Shown: positions 9,234 through 18,509 of the stretch, one piece after another
How positions within the stretch are numbered: the first letter of the stretch is position 1
Layout: each line of letters begins with the position of its first letter
NCBI GenBank assembly: GCA_013203015.1
Contig: JABMPO010000052.1
Span: 1-32,389, forward strand
Direction of reading: 5' to 3'
From: Fidelibacterota bacterium
GTDB lineage: Bacteria > Fidelibacterota > Marinisomatia > Marinisomatales > TCS56
DNA length: 32,389 nt
Notes under the pieces: generated by a model
The model's database searches: none
Seen by the model: the letters and a program-made list of their open reading frames with translations, nothing else
Told to the model about the DNA's origin: nothing
Program-made: the position numbers and the translations under genes

Positions 9234-10412
9234 CTACTTTTCTTCCTTTTCGTCTGCATCTGATGTTGAGTCGGTTTTCTCCAATTCGTCAGTAGATTCG
9301 TCTAATTCTGATTCTTCTTCCTCAGCTTCCAATTCTTCTTCATCTTTGCGTTCCAGCAAATTATCGTCATCGGATTTTTTCTTGAAAATAACGAACATTA
9401 ATGTTTCGCCAACCGATAGAATTGATAAGCCGTAGGAAATAATTGACGCCAATAACAGAAACAGGAAAATTGCCACAATTCCACCGGCAAACATCTGAAT
9501 ACCTGAAATATCGCCAGTTGAAACCGGATGTAAACCGCAAAGAGAACAGCATTTGGAACCAATGCAAAATGGTGGTAGCACGATTTCACTGGCATACCCG
9601 ACTATATTATTGAGCTTATCGCCCATACCCAGGATCCAGTCCGCACCTAACACAATATTCACCAGTTTGAAACCACCATACCAAAACAGGCCGAAAACGT
9701 AAACGCCGAGATATACCAGCGGTAACAAAGTCAGATGGTACAAAATAATTCGCCAGGGTTGGGACCAGGTGACAGAATAACTCTGAAAAACCGCACCCAT
9801 AGTGTCTTCTTCGTAGGCGCTGACAATCGCCGGGGTATACACCAGCGATGTTATCAATACCACGGCGGTATAAACTGTAAATACCGATCCAAAGAAATAG
9901 AATAGGTACGGCAGCGCAAAGAGTAATTCTCCGACCCAGGGAATTTTCCCCACCAGCCCGAAAATAATGGCCATGACCATGAAAAATGCGATTATCAAAC
10001 CGAGACTGATTGTCGTGAAAATTACCGGATGCCAGTGTTTTTTAACATATTTCCAAGCATCACCAGCCGAGTAGAATTCGTCACCTTTCAATTGCTTGTA
10101 GGTTACGCGAGCAACAGCGGTACAGGCCAGGTTGATGGTAAAGAACCAGACTATGATCCCAATCCAGTACACTACTTGAGCATACCAGGGACCACATCCA
10201 GCGGCATACAGGCATGGATAAAGTCCAAACTCTTTCCAGGCTGATGAAAATGATATTCCAGCCAATCCCAGTGCGAGATAGGTTAATAGCCAGTAAGCAA
10301 TCCAACCGCTGATCAATCCGACCAGGAAAATGAATATTTTCTTGCCGCTTAATGCCAGCCGGGGTGCTCTGAAAATGTCTCGTATGTCAAAATACAGGTT
10401 CATTGGACCCAT
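9234..10412 (-). CDS. polytopic membrane protein of unknown function with hyperacidic C-terminal tail
   Basis: GGGAG Shine-Dalgarno 6 nt before the ATG at 10412. About 8-9 long hydrophobic segments by eye, a Cys cluster CIGSKCCSLCG, and a last ~50 aa that are D/E/S/K-rich (EEELEAEEEESELDESTDELEKTDSTSDADEKEEK). I do not recognise a family. Confidence 0.8.
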   Translation of the reverse strand: MGPMNLYFDIRDIFRAPRLALSGKKIFIFLVGLISGWIAYWLLTYLALGLAGISFSSAWKEFGLYPCLYAAGCGPWYAQVVYWIGIIVWFFTINLACTAVARVTYKQLKGDEFYSAGDAWKYVKKHWHPVIFTTISLGLIIAFFMVMAIIFGLVGKIPWVGELLFALPYLFYFFGSVFTVYTAVVLITSLVYTPAIVSAYEEDTMGAVFQSYSVTWSQPWRIILYHLTLLPLVYLGVYVFGLFWYGGFKLVNIVLGADWILGMGDKLNNIVGYASEIVLPPFCIGSKCCSLCGLHPVSTGDISGIQMFAGGIVAIFLFLLLASIISYGLSILSVGETLMFVIFKKKSDDDNLLERKDEEELEAEEEESELDESTDELEKTDSTSDADEKEEK

Positions 10413-10424
10413 TATTAACTCCCT

Positions 10425-11222
10425 TTAATTTTCTAGTCGAACATGATCAACCCATGTTTCGCCATTCGTCAAATTGCGAATACTGGTGGCTACCGCCACT
10501 GCTGCGGAGTAACTCTCAAAACCGCCGACCCGTACCCGATACCAGATTTCATCAGTTTCTTTGAAATATGCTTTTTGGATATAAGAATCAAATCCGGCTT
10601 CCATTAGATATTCTGCTGATTGTTGGGCAGCGTCAAAAGTGCGTTTGGCGGAAGTCTGAATCGTATATCGATTGGGATCTTTAGGAATTGTCGCACCTGG
10701 AACTGGCTTAGCTGGTGCACGTCTTGGAGCGTACGATTTTCTCACCGGCTTAGGCTCAGGAATAGTCGGTGGTGGTTCCCATGCCGGCATTTCATCCAGA
10801 ACTGAATCAAAATCCGTTGACGCGGTTGATTCGGTCGTTGTATCCTCAGCATATTCATCTTCAAATTCATCTTCATCATCCATAACTTCGTCAGATTCAA
10901 TAATTTCAAAGGTGAAACTCTGCGTAGATATTTCATCGCCAAATTCATCGGAAACGATGACTGACAATTCATAATTTCCAGTTTGATCCGGAATAAATGA
11001 GACTGTCTGATCATCGTTGGACAATTCGATATCATCCGCCGCTAAAATGCTGGCATCAGGTTGCTGCACTATGGACCAGGTATATTCAAAAATACCGTCA
11101 TCTCCGGGTGCTTCAGCCTGGGCAGATTGATATTCGCCTACTACTCCTTCATTGCTATCTTTACCGCAGCCAGCCAGTAGCAATAAACTTAAAATGATCG
11201 TGATGTACTGTTTAATACCCAT
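10425..11222 (-). CDS. SPOR-domain lipoprotein with N-terminal PKD/Ig-like domain
   Basis: Lipobox LLLAGC in the signal peptide. PKD-like segment (FEYTWSIVQQPDAS...DQTGNYELSVIVSDEFGDE), an acidic linker, then a Pro-rich linker. The C-terminal SPOR-like domain runs YTIQTSAKRTFDAAQQSAEYL...YRVRVGGFESYSAAVAV. Confidence 0.8.
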   Translation of the reverse strand: MGIKQYITIILSLLLLAGCGKDSNEGVVGEYQSAQAEAPGDDGIFEYTWSIVQQPDASILAADDIELSNDDQTVSFIPDQTGNYELSVIVSDEFGDEISTQSFTFEIIESDEVMDDEDEFEDEYAEDTTTESTASTDFDSVLDEMPAWEPPPTIPEPKPVRKSYAPRRAPAKPVPGATIPKDPNRYTIQTSAKRTFDAAQQSAEYLMEAGFDSYIQKAYFKETDEIWYRVRVGGFESYSAAVAVATSIRNLTNGETWVDHVRLEN

Positions 11223-11254
11223 AACCCTCGCTTGTGGTTAGTAAAAAAGGCTTC

Positions 11255-11677
11255 TCAGATGGTGTGAATTTGACTGACTGTGAAGAAAAATGCAATTTCT
11301 TTTTCAGCATTTTCATCTGAATCTGATCCATGGACTGCATTATTCTGAATACTTTCAGCAAAATCCCGGCGAATTGTCCCTTCAGCGGCTTCGGTCGGAT
11401 TGGTGGCGCCGATAAATTTGCGGTAAGATTCAACCGCATTTTTATGCTCAGCAACGAAAGGCATACAGGGACCGGAAGTCATAAATTCAATTAAATCGTT
11501 GAAAAACGGGCGCTCTTTATGAACCGCATAAAACTTCTCAGCCTGTTCGCGACTCAAATGTTCCAATCTGGCAGCTACTATTTTAAATCCGCCTTGTAAA
11601 AACCGGTCAATTATTTTACCAGTATAATTTTTGCGTACTGCATCCGGTTTGATGATGCCAAGTGTATAATTTCCCAT
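11255..11677 (-). CDS. ndk: nucleoside-diphosphate kinase
   Basis: Motifs [15 protein letters not shown] and the active-site His in NAVHGSDS. 140 aa. Confidence 0.96.
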   Translation of the reverse strand: MGNYTLGIIKPDAVRKNYTGKIIDRFLQGGFKIVAARLEHLSREQAEKFYAVHKERPFFNDLIEFMTSGPCMPFVAEHKNAVESYRKFIGATNPTEAAEGTIRRDFAESIQNNAVHGSDSDENAEKEIAFFFTVSQIHTI

Positions 11678-11701
11678 ATGAATTTATGTCCTGTATGCTT
11701 G

Positions 11702-12580
11702 TTAATTTTTATTAAGTGCGGTATGCATGGCACTGCCAATTTCCGCCGGACTCGTAACAACTATTATTCCCGCCTTTTGCAGAGCCTGCATTTTATCTTT
11801 TGCGGTTCCTTTGCCACCTGCTATAATTGCACCGGCATGCCCCATTCGGCGCCCCGGAGGAGCAGTTTGGCCAGCAATGAATGCTACAATTGGTTTAGTG
11901 AAATTATTGTCAATAGTCCATTGGGCGGCTTCTTCCTCAGCCGTTCCGCCGATTTCACCAATCAGTACCACCCCTTTGGTATCGGGATCATCTTTAAACA
12001 ACGCCAGCATATCAATGAAGGTCGTTCCAATGATTGGATCTCCTCCAATACCGGTTGAGGTTGATTGTCCCAGACCAAATGCGCCTAATTGATGAACCGC
12101 TTCATAAGTCAACGTTCCGGAACGCGAAACGACTCCAATCGATCCCGGTGAATGGATAAATCCCGGCATGATCCCGACCTTTGCCTGTCCGGGAGAGATT
12201 ATACCTGGACAGTTCGGCCCGATCAATCGGGTATTTTTAGTGGCCAAAAATTTGTGCACCTCGACCATGTCGCGAGTCGGGATGCCTTCGGTAATGCATA
12301 CAACCAGAGCTATGTCGGCAGCAGCAGCCTCCATTATGGCTTCGGCGGCAAAAGCCGGTGGTACAAATATTACTGATGTATTGGCGGCGGTAGCGCGGAC
12401 GGCTGCTTCAACTGTGTTAAAAACCGGTACTCCCAGGGCTTCCTGCCCACCTTTCCCGGGAGTAACTCCACCTACGATGTTGGTGCCGTACTCCAGCATT
12501 TGTGCGCCATGAAATGATCCTTCCTGTCCGGTAATTCCCTGGATTAAAAGCCTTGTTTCTTGATTAACCAGTACGCTCAT
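11702..12580 (-). CDS. sucD: succinate--CoA ligase subunit alpha
   Basis: Motif [13 protein letters not shown] and the phosphohistidine loop [19 protein letters not shown] overlap with the sucC stop. Confidence 0.97.
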   Translation of the reverse strand: MSVLVNQETRLLIQGITGQEGSFHGAQMLEYGTNIVGGVTPGKGGQEALGVPVFNTVEAAVRATAANTSVIFVPPAFAAEAIMEAAAADIALVVCITEGIPTRDMVEVHKFLATKNTRLIGPNCPGIISPGQAKVGIMPGFIHSPGSIGVVSRSGTLTYEAVHQLGAFGLGQSTSTGIGGDPIIGTTFIDMLALFKDDPDTKGVVLIGEIGGTAEEEAAQWTIDNNFTKPIVAFIAGQTAPPGRRMGHAGAIIAGGKGTAKDKMQALQKAGIIVVTSPAEIGSAMHTALNKN

Positions 12581-13749
12581 TTTGCACCTCCCGCAGCAGC
12601 TTTAACGGCTTGTTCGGCACCGTCCTGTAAGCTTTTTGCCACCTTAAATTGCAAGCTGGATTCCTTCAGCAATCTTGCGGCTTCCTGGGCATTTGTTCCT
12701 TCCAGTCGGATTATCACCGGGATTTTCACGTCAATTTCGCTCAATGCTTCGATTATTCCAGCGGCAACGCGATCACAGCGCACAATCCCGCCAAATATAT
12801 TTATCAGAACCGATTTCACATTGGGATCAGACAGAATTAACCGAAACCCATTGGCAACTGTTTTTGAATTGGCTACACCGCCTACATCAAGAAAATTTGC
12901 AGGTTCACCCCCATTTAACTTAATAATGTCCATGGTGGCCATGGCCAGCCCGGCACCATTCACCATACAGCCTACATTGCCATCGAGTTTGATATAATTC
13001 AAGCTGAATTTAGTGGCTTCCGCCTCGGCGGGATCTTCCTCGGTGATATCACGTAATTCTTTGATTTCCGAATGCCGGAATAGACCATTATCATCAAAAT
13101 TGATTTTTGCGTCCAGGGCAATTACCTGATCGTCTTCGGTAACTACCAGGGGATTAATCTCGATCAGCGAACAATCTTTATTATAAAATACCTGCCACAA
13201 CGACTGGAATATTTTTATGGCAGATTTTACTTGAGCCCCTTCTAATCCCAATGCAAAAGCCAGTTTTCGAGCCTGATAACCGCGCAAGCCCAGGCCGGGA
13301 TTAATCCATTCCTTAATAATTTTATCGGGAGTTTTCTGAGAAACTTTTTCAATTTCGATCCCACCCTCGGTAGAGACCATAAACACAAACTCACCAGTGC
13401 TGCGATCCAAAACGATCCCGGCGTATAATTCCCGTGCTATTCTGACACCGGCTTCTACCAGTAATCGCTGAACTTGTTTTCCTGCCGGTCCGGTCTGGTG
13501 AGTAACCAGTTGCATACCCAGCATATTGCGGGCCAAATCCCGCACTTCTTTTTCATTGTGGGCTAATTTTACACCACCACCTTTTCCGCGTCCGCCGGCA
13601 TGAATTTGTGCTTTGACAACGGCTAAATCACCAGGGAGCTTGCGGTAATTAGCGACTGCTTCATCAATGCTGAAAGCGGGGTAACCTTCCGGTACCACAA
13701 CACCAAACTGCCGAAAAATTTCTTTTCCTTGGTATTCATGTACTTTCAA
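12577..13749 (-). CDS. sucC: succinate--CoA ligase subunit beta
   Basis: N-terminus (M)[11 protein letters not shown] aligns with the canonical MNLHEYQAK start. The start codon is TTG at 13749, with AAGGAGA 7 nt upstream. ATP-grasp plus CoA-ligase architecture. Confidence 0.96.
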   Translation of the reverse strand: MKVHEYQGKEIFRQFGVVVPEGYPAFSIDEAVANYRKLPGDLAVVKAQIHAGGRGKGGGVKLAHNEKEVRDLARNMLGMQLVTHQTGPAGKQVQRLLVEAGVRIARELYAGIVLDRSTGEFVFMVSTEGGIEIEKVSQKTPDKIIKEWINPGLGLRGYQARKLAFALGLEGAQVKSAIKIFQSLWQVFYNKDCSLIEINPLVVTEDDQVIALDAKINFDDNGLFRHSEIKELRDITEEDPAEAEATKFSLNYIKLDGNVGCMVNGAGLAMATMDIIKLNGGEPANFLDVGGVANSKTVANGFRLILSDPNVKSVLINIFGGIVRCDRVAAGIIEALSEIDVKIPVIIRLEGTNAQEAARLLKESSLQFKVAKSLQDGAEQAVKAAAGGAK

Positions 13750-13780
13750 TATGGTTCTCCTTTGTCAGAAAAATATTTCC

Positions 13781-13811
13781 AAAAAGAAAGGCGGGAGCGT
13801 TTGCTCCCGCC
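13781..13811 (-). terminator. intrinsic terminator after the COG2403 gene
   Basis: On the - strand: GGCGGGAGC, loop AAAC, GCTCCCGCC, then TTTCTTTTT. It starts 13 nt after the TAA at 13825-13827. Confidence 0.85.
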
Positions 13812-13824
13812 ATAACAGAATTGG

Positions 13825-15141
13825 TTATTTCAAGAACGGTTGCAATACATCGGTAAGGTTCGGACGACCGATTTCCTGCAGATCGTAGGTTACACGAACC
13901 GAGGGTTGCTTGATCTTGCAAATCCGGCGCAAATCGATAGGTGTGCCAATGATAACAACATCACAATCAGCTTTAGCGATGGTAGCTTCCAGGTCTTTCA
14001 TCTGCTGCTCACCATAGCCCATAGCCGGTAGAACCAGACCGATTTCCGGATATTTTTCGAATGTTTCGGTGATGGTTCCAACCGTGAATTCGCGGGGATC
14101 AATTGCTTCGGAGGCACCGAATTTTTCAGCTGCCACTGTTCCGGCGCCAAATTTCATTTCACCATGGGTGAGGGTAGGTCCATCTTCCACGATCAATGCG
14201 CGTTTTCCGAGGATCAGATGGGCATCTTCAACACTGATGGGGGAGGCACCATCGATGACGATTGCATCGGGATTAACCTCACGGATATTCCAGCGTACTT
14301 CTTCGATATCCTCCGCATCGGCGCTATCAATTTTGTTTATGATTACCACATCGGCCATCAACAGATTGGTTTCACCGGGGAAATAGGATATTTCATGCCC
14401 CGGGCGGTGTGGGTCAACCACGACAATATTCAGATCAAGCTGGTAAAATGGTAAATCATTATTGCCACCATCCCACAGGATTACATCCGCTTCCTGTTCG
14501 GCTTCTCTGAGTATCGCTTCATAATCGACACCGGCGTAGATAATCGTACCTGTATTGATGTGCGGCTCATATTCTTCCATTTCTTCGATGGTGCATTTAT
14601 GTTTTTTCAAATCATCAATGCTGGCAAATCTTTGAACTTTCTGAGCAACCAGGTCGCCATAAGGCATGGGGTGCCGAATAGCGGCTACTTTTTTACCGGC
14701 ATCCTTGAGAATTTTGGCAACCAGGCGGGTAGTCTGGCTTTTACCGCAGCCAGTGCGAACGGCACCAATTCCAATAACCGGTTTAGTCGATTTGATCATT
14801 GTGGGTTTGGAACCCAGCAATTTGAAATGCGCACCGACGGCGATAACGCGGGCGGCTTTACGCATCACAGTTTCATAAGATACATCGGAATAGGCGAAAA
14901 CTACTTCCTCGACCTCGTGGCGTTCGATCAGGACTTCCAAATCCGATTCATCATGAATTAGAATTCCCTCAGGATAAAGTTCACCAGCCAAAGCTGCTGG
15001 GTAGAGTCGGCCTTCGATGTCCGGTATCTGAGTTGCCGTAAAAGCAACTACATCGTATTTAGCATTGTTGCGATAAATAACGTTAAAATTGTGAAAATCG
15101 CGTCCGGCGGCGCCCATAATCAGGGTTTTAATTTTACTCAT
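13825..15141 (-). CDS. COG2403-type P-loop NTPase (often auto-annotated GTPase / cyclic 2,3-diphosphoglycerate synthetase-like)
   Basis: ATG at 15141 with a GGAGA Shine-Dalgarno. The 17-aa upstream extension in the track starts at a weaker position. N-terminus MSKIKTLIMGAAGRDFHNFN and Walker A IGIGAVRTGCGKSQT. The family assignment is from memory of this N-terminal signature, not from a search. Confidence 0.7.
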   Translation of the reverse strand: MSKIKTLIMGAAGRDFHNFNVIYRNNAKYDVVAFTATQIPDIEGRLYPAALAGELYPEGILIHDESDLEVLIERHEVEEVVFAYSDVSYETVMRKAARVIAVGAHFKLLGSKPTMIKSTKPVIGIGAVRTGCGKSQTTRLVAKILKDAGKKVAAIRHPMPYGDLVAQKVQRFASIDDLKKHKCTIEEMEEYEPHINTGTIIYAGVDYEAILREAEQEADVILWDGGNNDLPFYQLDLNIVVVDPHRPGHEISYFPGETNLLMADVVIINKIDSADAEDIEEVRWNIREVNPDAIVIDGASPISVEDAHLILGKRALIVEDGPTLTHGEMKFGAGTVAAEKFGASEAIDPREFTVGTITETFEKYPEIGLVLPAMGYGEQQMKDLEATIAKADCDVVIIGTPIDLRRICKIKQPSVRVTYDLQEIGRPNLTDVLQPFLK

Positions 15142-15185
15142 GTTATCTCCAGTATTTTTATTATTATCATTAGGTTGATTGCTAA

Positions 15186-15203
15186 ACCGCAAATATTTGC
15201 GGT
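15186..15203. repeat. perfect 18-bp palindrome ACCGCAAATATTTGCGGT between pruA and the COG2403 gene
   Basis: Read directly from the sequence. It lies 45-62 nt upstream of the 15141 start and 63 nt downstream of the pruA stop, with no T-tract after the stem on the - strand. Confidence 0.6.
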
Positions 15204-15265
15204 ACCCCTGAATTAGGCAAAGCCAAATCCCTGTTGAAATGATAAAATATTGGCAATTAACTCAA

Positions 15266-16900
15266 TCATTTTTCTGCCAGGAAAGGATAGCGATAATCGT
15301 TGGCAGGAACAAAAGTTTCTTTGATTGTACGCTGAGATACCCAGCGCACTAAATTAAACATGGAACCGGCTTTATCGTTAGTACCGGAAGCCCGACTGCC
15401 ACCAAAAGGTTGTTGACCAACCACAGCTCCGGTTGGTTTGTCGTTAATATAGAAATTTCCGGCAGCATGCGTGAGAGCAGCGGATGCTTCTAATATCGCC
15501 TCCCGGTCATCGGCAAATACACAACCTGTGAGAGCATAGGGCGAGGTCGAATCAACCAGTTCCAAGGTTTCAGTCCAGTTTGCGGGATCGTAAACGTAAA
15601 TCGTTAAAACCGGACCGAAAATTTCTTCTTCCATGGTTTTAAAATGGGGATCGGTCGTAATAATTGTAGTGGGCTCGATGTAGTATCCGGTGGAATCATC
15701 ATAATTACCGCCAGTCAGAAGCTCGGCATTTTTGGATTCCCGGGCATAATCAATGTAAGCAGTTATTGATTCAAAGGCTGCCTTATCGATGACTGCGTTG
15801 ACAAAGTTACTGAAATCTTCAACCTCACCCATTTTAATGGTAGCCATTTGAGCAGTATATTTTTCTTTGACCGCACCCCAAAGTGTGCTGGGAATATAGC
15901 AACGGGAGAGAGCCGAGCATTTTTGACCCTGATATTCAAAGGCTCCTCTAATCATAGCCGTCACCAGACCATCAACATCGGCTGATTCGTGGGCAATACA
16001 AAAATCCTTGCCACCGGTTTCACCTACAATTCGAGGGTAAGTTTTATACTTGCTGATATTATTACCCAGGGTTTTCCACATGTTCTGGAAAACAGCAGTA
16101 GATCCAGTGAAATGAATCCCTGCCAGGTTGGGATCTTCCATAACAACCGGTCCGACCTTGGATCCGGGACCGGGAATAAAATTAATTACGCCATCCGGCA
16201 AGCCCGCTTTTTTAAACATTTCCATCAGAAACCAGGCTGGGTAAACAGTACTGGAAGCCGGTTTCCAGAGCACAACATTACCCATCAGGGCTGGTGCGGT
16301 GGGTAAATTTCCGGCAATTGAAGTGAAGTTAAAAGGTGTTACCGCAAAGATGAATCCTTCCAGGGGACGATGTTCCACCATATTCCACATTCCATCAGGG
16401 GAATAGGGCGGTTGTTGTTCATATATTTCTTGAGCGTAGCCGGTATTGAAATTAAAGAAGTCAATCAATTCGCAAGCCGAATCGATTTCAGCCTGAAATG
16501 CATTCTTGCTCATATTCAGCATGGTTGCTGCATTGATTGTCTGACGATAGGGACCTGCCAGCAATGATGCCATCCGACGAAAAATAGCGACCCGGCTTTC
16601 CCAGGGCATAGTGGACCAGGTTTTATAAGCCTTTTGTGAAGCGGCAATGGCATCGGCAACTTCTTTTTTGCCAGCCAGGTGATATCGAGCTAGAACGTGT
16701 TGGTGATTATGCGGGATTACACATTCGACTGTATTTCCGGTTCTTACCTCTTTTCCACCAATGATAAGTGGTATTTCAATTTCGGTAGCTTTCAGTTCGG
16801 CAATACGCGCTTTCAGCTCAGCTTTTTCTACTGATCCCGGAGCATAGGATTTGATCGGTTCATTTACAGCTTTTGGAACGGAAACTTGTATATTCGGCAT
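15266..16900 (-). CDS. pruA: L-glutamate gamma-semialdehyde (1-pyrroline-5-carboxylate) dehydrogenase
   Basis: ALDH superfamily with catalytic Cys in GQKCSALSR and ETGGKD. The ~543-aa long form is typical of monofunctional P5CDH. I prefer the ATG at 16900 (GGAGG Shine-Dalgarno) over the track's upstream TTG at 16927. Confidence 0.88.
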   Translation of the reverse strand: MPNIQVSVPKAVNEPIKSYAPGSVEKAELKARIAELKATEIEIPLIIGGKEVRTGNTVECVIPHNHQHVLARYHLAGKKEVADAIAASQKAYKTWSTMPWESRVAIFRRMASLLAGPYRQTINAATMLNMSKNAFQAEIDSACELIDFFNFNTGYAQEIYEQQPPYSPDGMWNMVEHRPLEGFIFAVTPFNFTSIAGNLPTAPALMGNVVLWKPASSTVYPAWFLMEMFKKAGLPDGVINFIPGPGSKVGPVVMEDPNLAGIHFTGSTAVFQNMWKTLGNNISKYKTYPRIVGETGGKDFCIAHESADVDGLVTAMIRGAFEYQGQKCSALSRCYIPSTLWGAVKEKYTAQMATIKMGEVEDFSNFVNAVIDKAAFESITAYIDYARESKNAELLTGGNYDDSTGYYIEPTTIITTDPHFKTMEEEIFGPVLTIYVYDPANWTETLELVDSTSPYALTGCVFADDREAILEASAALTHAAGNFYINDKPTGAVVGQQPFGGSRASGTNDKAGSMFNLVRWVSQRTIKETFVPANDYRYPFLAEK

Positions 16901-17027
16901 TATTGCCTCCGTACTGATAGTTCGCAAAATTTATTGTTTTAAAACCTTAAAATTTAGCAGTTATTAAATTTTATAAGCAAGATAGATTGGAGTATAATCC
17001 TTAATGGCTGTGACTAAGAGATAATAG

Positions 17028-18005
17028 CTATAATTGATTGGCGTAACTAATTACTTCTTCAAGTATTGCGAACATTTGATTATGATTTTCAGCCATCACT
17101 AATCGGTTACGATAGGTTGCCGCACCCGGGAAATTTTTCAGATACCAGCCGAAATGCTTGCGCATCATATTCGATCCTACAGTCTCACCGCGGTATTCGA
17201 TTTGCATTTGCAAATGTTTCTGACACAGGTTTGCCTGCTCAAGTACTGTTGGTGGTGGTGGTGCGGGTTGGCCTTCAAATACCGCTTCTAATTCGCGGAA
17301 TATGAAGGGGTTTCCTAATGCCGCCCGCCCAATCATTACGCCATCGCATTGAGTCTGGTCCAGCATAATTTGCATATCGGCAGCAGATTTGATGTCGCCA
17401 TTGCCGATCACTGGAATTTCAACCGCCATTTTTAATTCTCTAATTAGATCCCAATCGGCTGATCCACCATAACTTTGTTTTACAGTTCGTGGATGCAGGG
17501 TAATCGCTTTTATTCCGCATTGCTCCAGACGGACCCCGGCTTCGGGTATTATAATTCGGGATTTTTCCCAACCGGCCCGCATTTTTACTGTGACCGGTAT
17601 TTTGGGCACTGCTTCGACTACTGCGGAACTGATTTCATCCATCAGATTCAAATCACGTAACGCCGCCGATCCCGCACCGCGTTTGGTAACTTTTGGTACG
17701 GGACAGCCGTAATTGATGTCAATAATATCCGGACGAAATTTTTGTTTGATAAATCGCGCGGCTTCAGCCATTACTTCCGGTGAATCACCAAAAATCTGGA
17801 TCCCGATTGGACGCTCAGCTTCGCTAAATCTGATCATACTCAGGGTTTTGGCATTTTCACGGATAATTCCATGGGCCGATACAAATTCCGAATAAACTAT
17901 CCCGGCGCCGTAATTTTTGCAGAGCATCCGGAATGGATAATCGCTGATGCCTGACATGGGCGCCAGTAAAACAGGTGTATCAATTTTCAGTTTGCCGATC
18001 TGCAT
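17028..18005 (-). CDS. dusB: tRNA dihydrouridine synthase B
   Basis: Motifs LAPMSGISDYPFR, INYGCPVPKV (catalytic Cys) and the TIM-barrel FMN motif HPRT. ATG at 18005. Confidence 0.92.
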   Translation of the reverse strand: MQIGKLKIDTPVLLAPMSGISDYPFRMLCKNYGAGIVYSEFVSAHGIIRENAKTLSMIRFSEAERPIGIQIFGDSPEVMAEAARFIKQKFRPDIIDINYGCPVPKVTKRGAGSAALRDLNLMDEISSAVVEAVPKIPVTVKMRAGWEKSRIIIPEAGVRLEQCGIKAITLHPRTVKQSYGGSADWDLIRELKMAVEIPVIGNGDIKSAADMQIMLDQTQCDGVMIGRAALGNPFIFRELEAVFEGQPAPPPPTVLEQANLCQKHLQMQIEYRGETVGSNMMRKHFGWYLKNFPGAATYRNRLVMAENHNQMFAILEEVISYANQL

Positions 18006-18008
18006 TAA

Positions 18009-18491
18009 TTATAAATCAAATTCATATAGTAAATAATGTGATTTACGCATCCCGGATTTTTGGTAAATGCGTTTGGCATTTTCATTATCAGCATCAACGT
18101 AAAGCCGGATCCCATTGATTGTCCCATCATTTCGAGCTAATTGCAATACCTGTCCATATAAACTCGAATATACACCATTGCTGCGAAATTCCGGCAGCAC
18201 ATATACCGATTGAATCCACCAGATAGTTTTGTTACACCAATCGAACCATTCACGTGTGACCATTAATTGTCCCGCAACATTTCCATTGATTTCGGCGATC
18301 AGGTAAAAACCTTTACTGCTATCGGAAAATGCGGTTTTAACACCGGCTGCCACAATATTTTGGTCCAGCTTTGATTGTTCGGTTTCCCATGCCAGGGCAA
18401 TGTTATTATTGGTAATAATGTTATGATCGGTTTGTTGGGCATTGCGAATAATTGTTTCCGATATTGGCAACCTTTTCGTTTGTGCTTTCAA
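18009..18491 (-). CDS. GNAT family N-acetyltransferase
   Basis: GNAT motif A ([20 protein letters not shown]) with a YQKSGM tail. There is no ATG upstream of the fold, so the start is TTG at 18491 or TTG at 18470 and remains uncertain. Substrate unknown. Confidence 0.8.
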   Translation of the reverse strand: MKAQTKRLPISETIIRNAQQTDHNIITNNNIALAWETEQSKLDQNIVAAGVKTAFSDSSKGFYLIAEINGNVAGQLMVTREWFDWCNKTIWWIQSVYVLPEFRSNGVYSSLYGQVLQLARNDGTINGIRLYVDADNENAKRIYQKSGMRKSHYLLYEFDL

Positions 18492-18509
18492 ATATGAAGC
18501 GTAAATTTG
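18479..18509 (+). promoter_or_regulatory. candidate Bacteroidetes/FCB-type promoter for rpmB (TTTG-N19-TAAATTTG)
   Basis: TTTG at 18479-18482, a 19-nt spacer, and TAAATTTG at 18502-18509 match the -33 TTTG / -7 TAnnTTTG consensus. The -7 element ends 44 nt before the rpmB ATG. Confidence 0.4.

Noticed and set aside
9237-9390. Purine/pyrimidine-skewed, repetitive-looking DNA (runs of ttc, ttcttc and gat), and a similar stretch at about 10800-10900.
   Set aside because: These stretches encode the D/E-rich tails and linkers of the membrane protein and the SPOR lipoprotein. They show no regular period or spacer structure, so they are neither a CRISPR array nor a tandem DNA repeat.
15142-15192. 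N-terminal extensions in the ORF track: 15142-15192 on the COG2403 gene, 16901-16927 on pruA, 18452-18553 on rpmB, 5505-5519 on fabG and 30561-30575 on murF.
   Set aside because: The extensions begin at TTG/GTG codons without a Shine-Dalgarno. The internal ATG codons are preceded by GGAG-type sites or give canonical N-termini such as [12 protein letters not shown] for L28.
17251-17263. A (GGT)4-like microsatellite, ggtggtggtggtg, inside dusB.
   Set aside because: It encodes a PPPP stretch in a linker of DusB on the opposite strand. Four units are too short to argue for phase variation.
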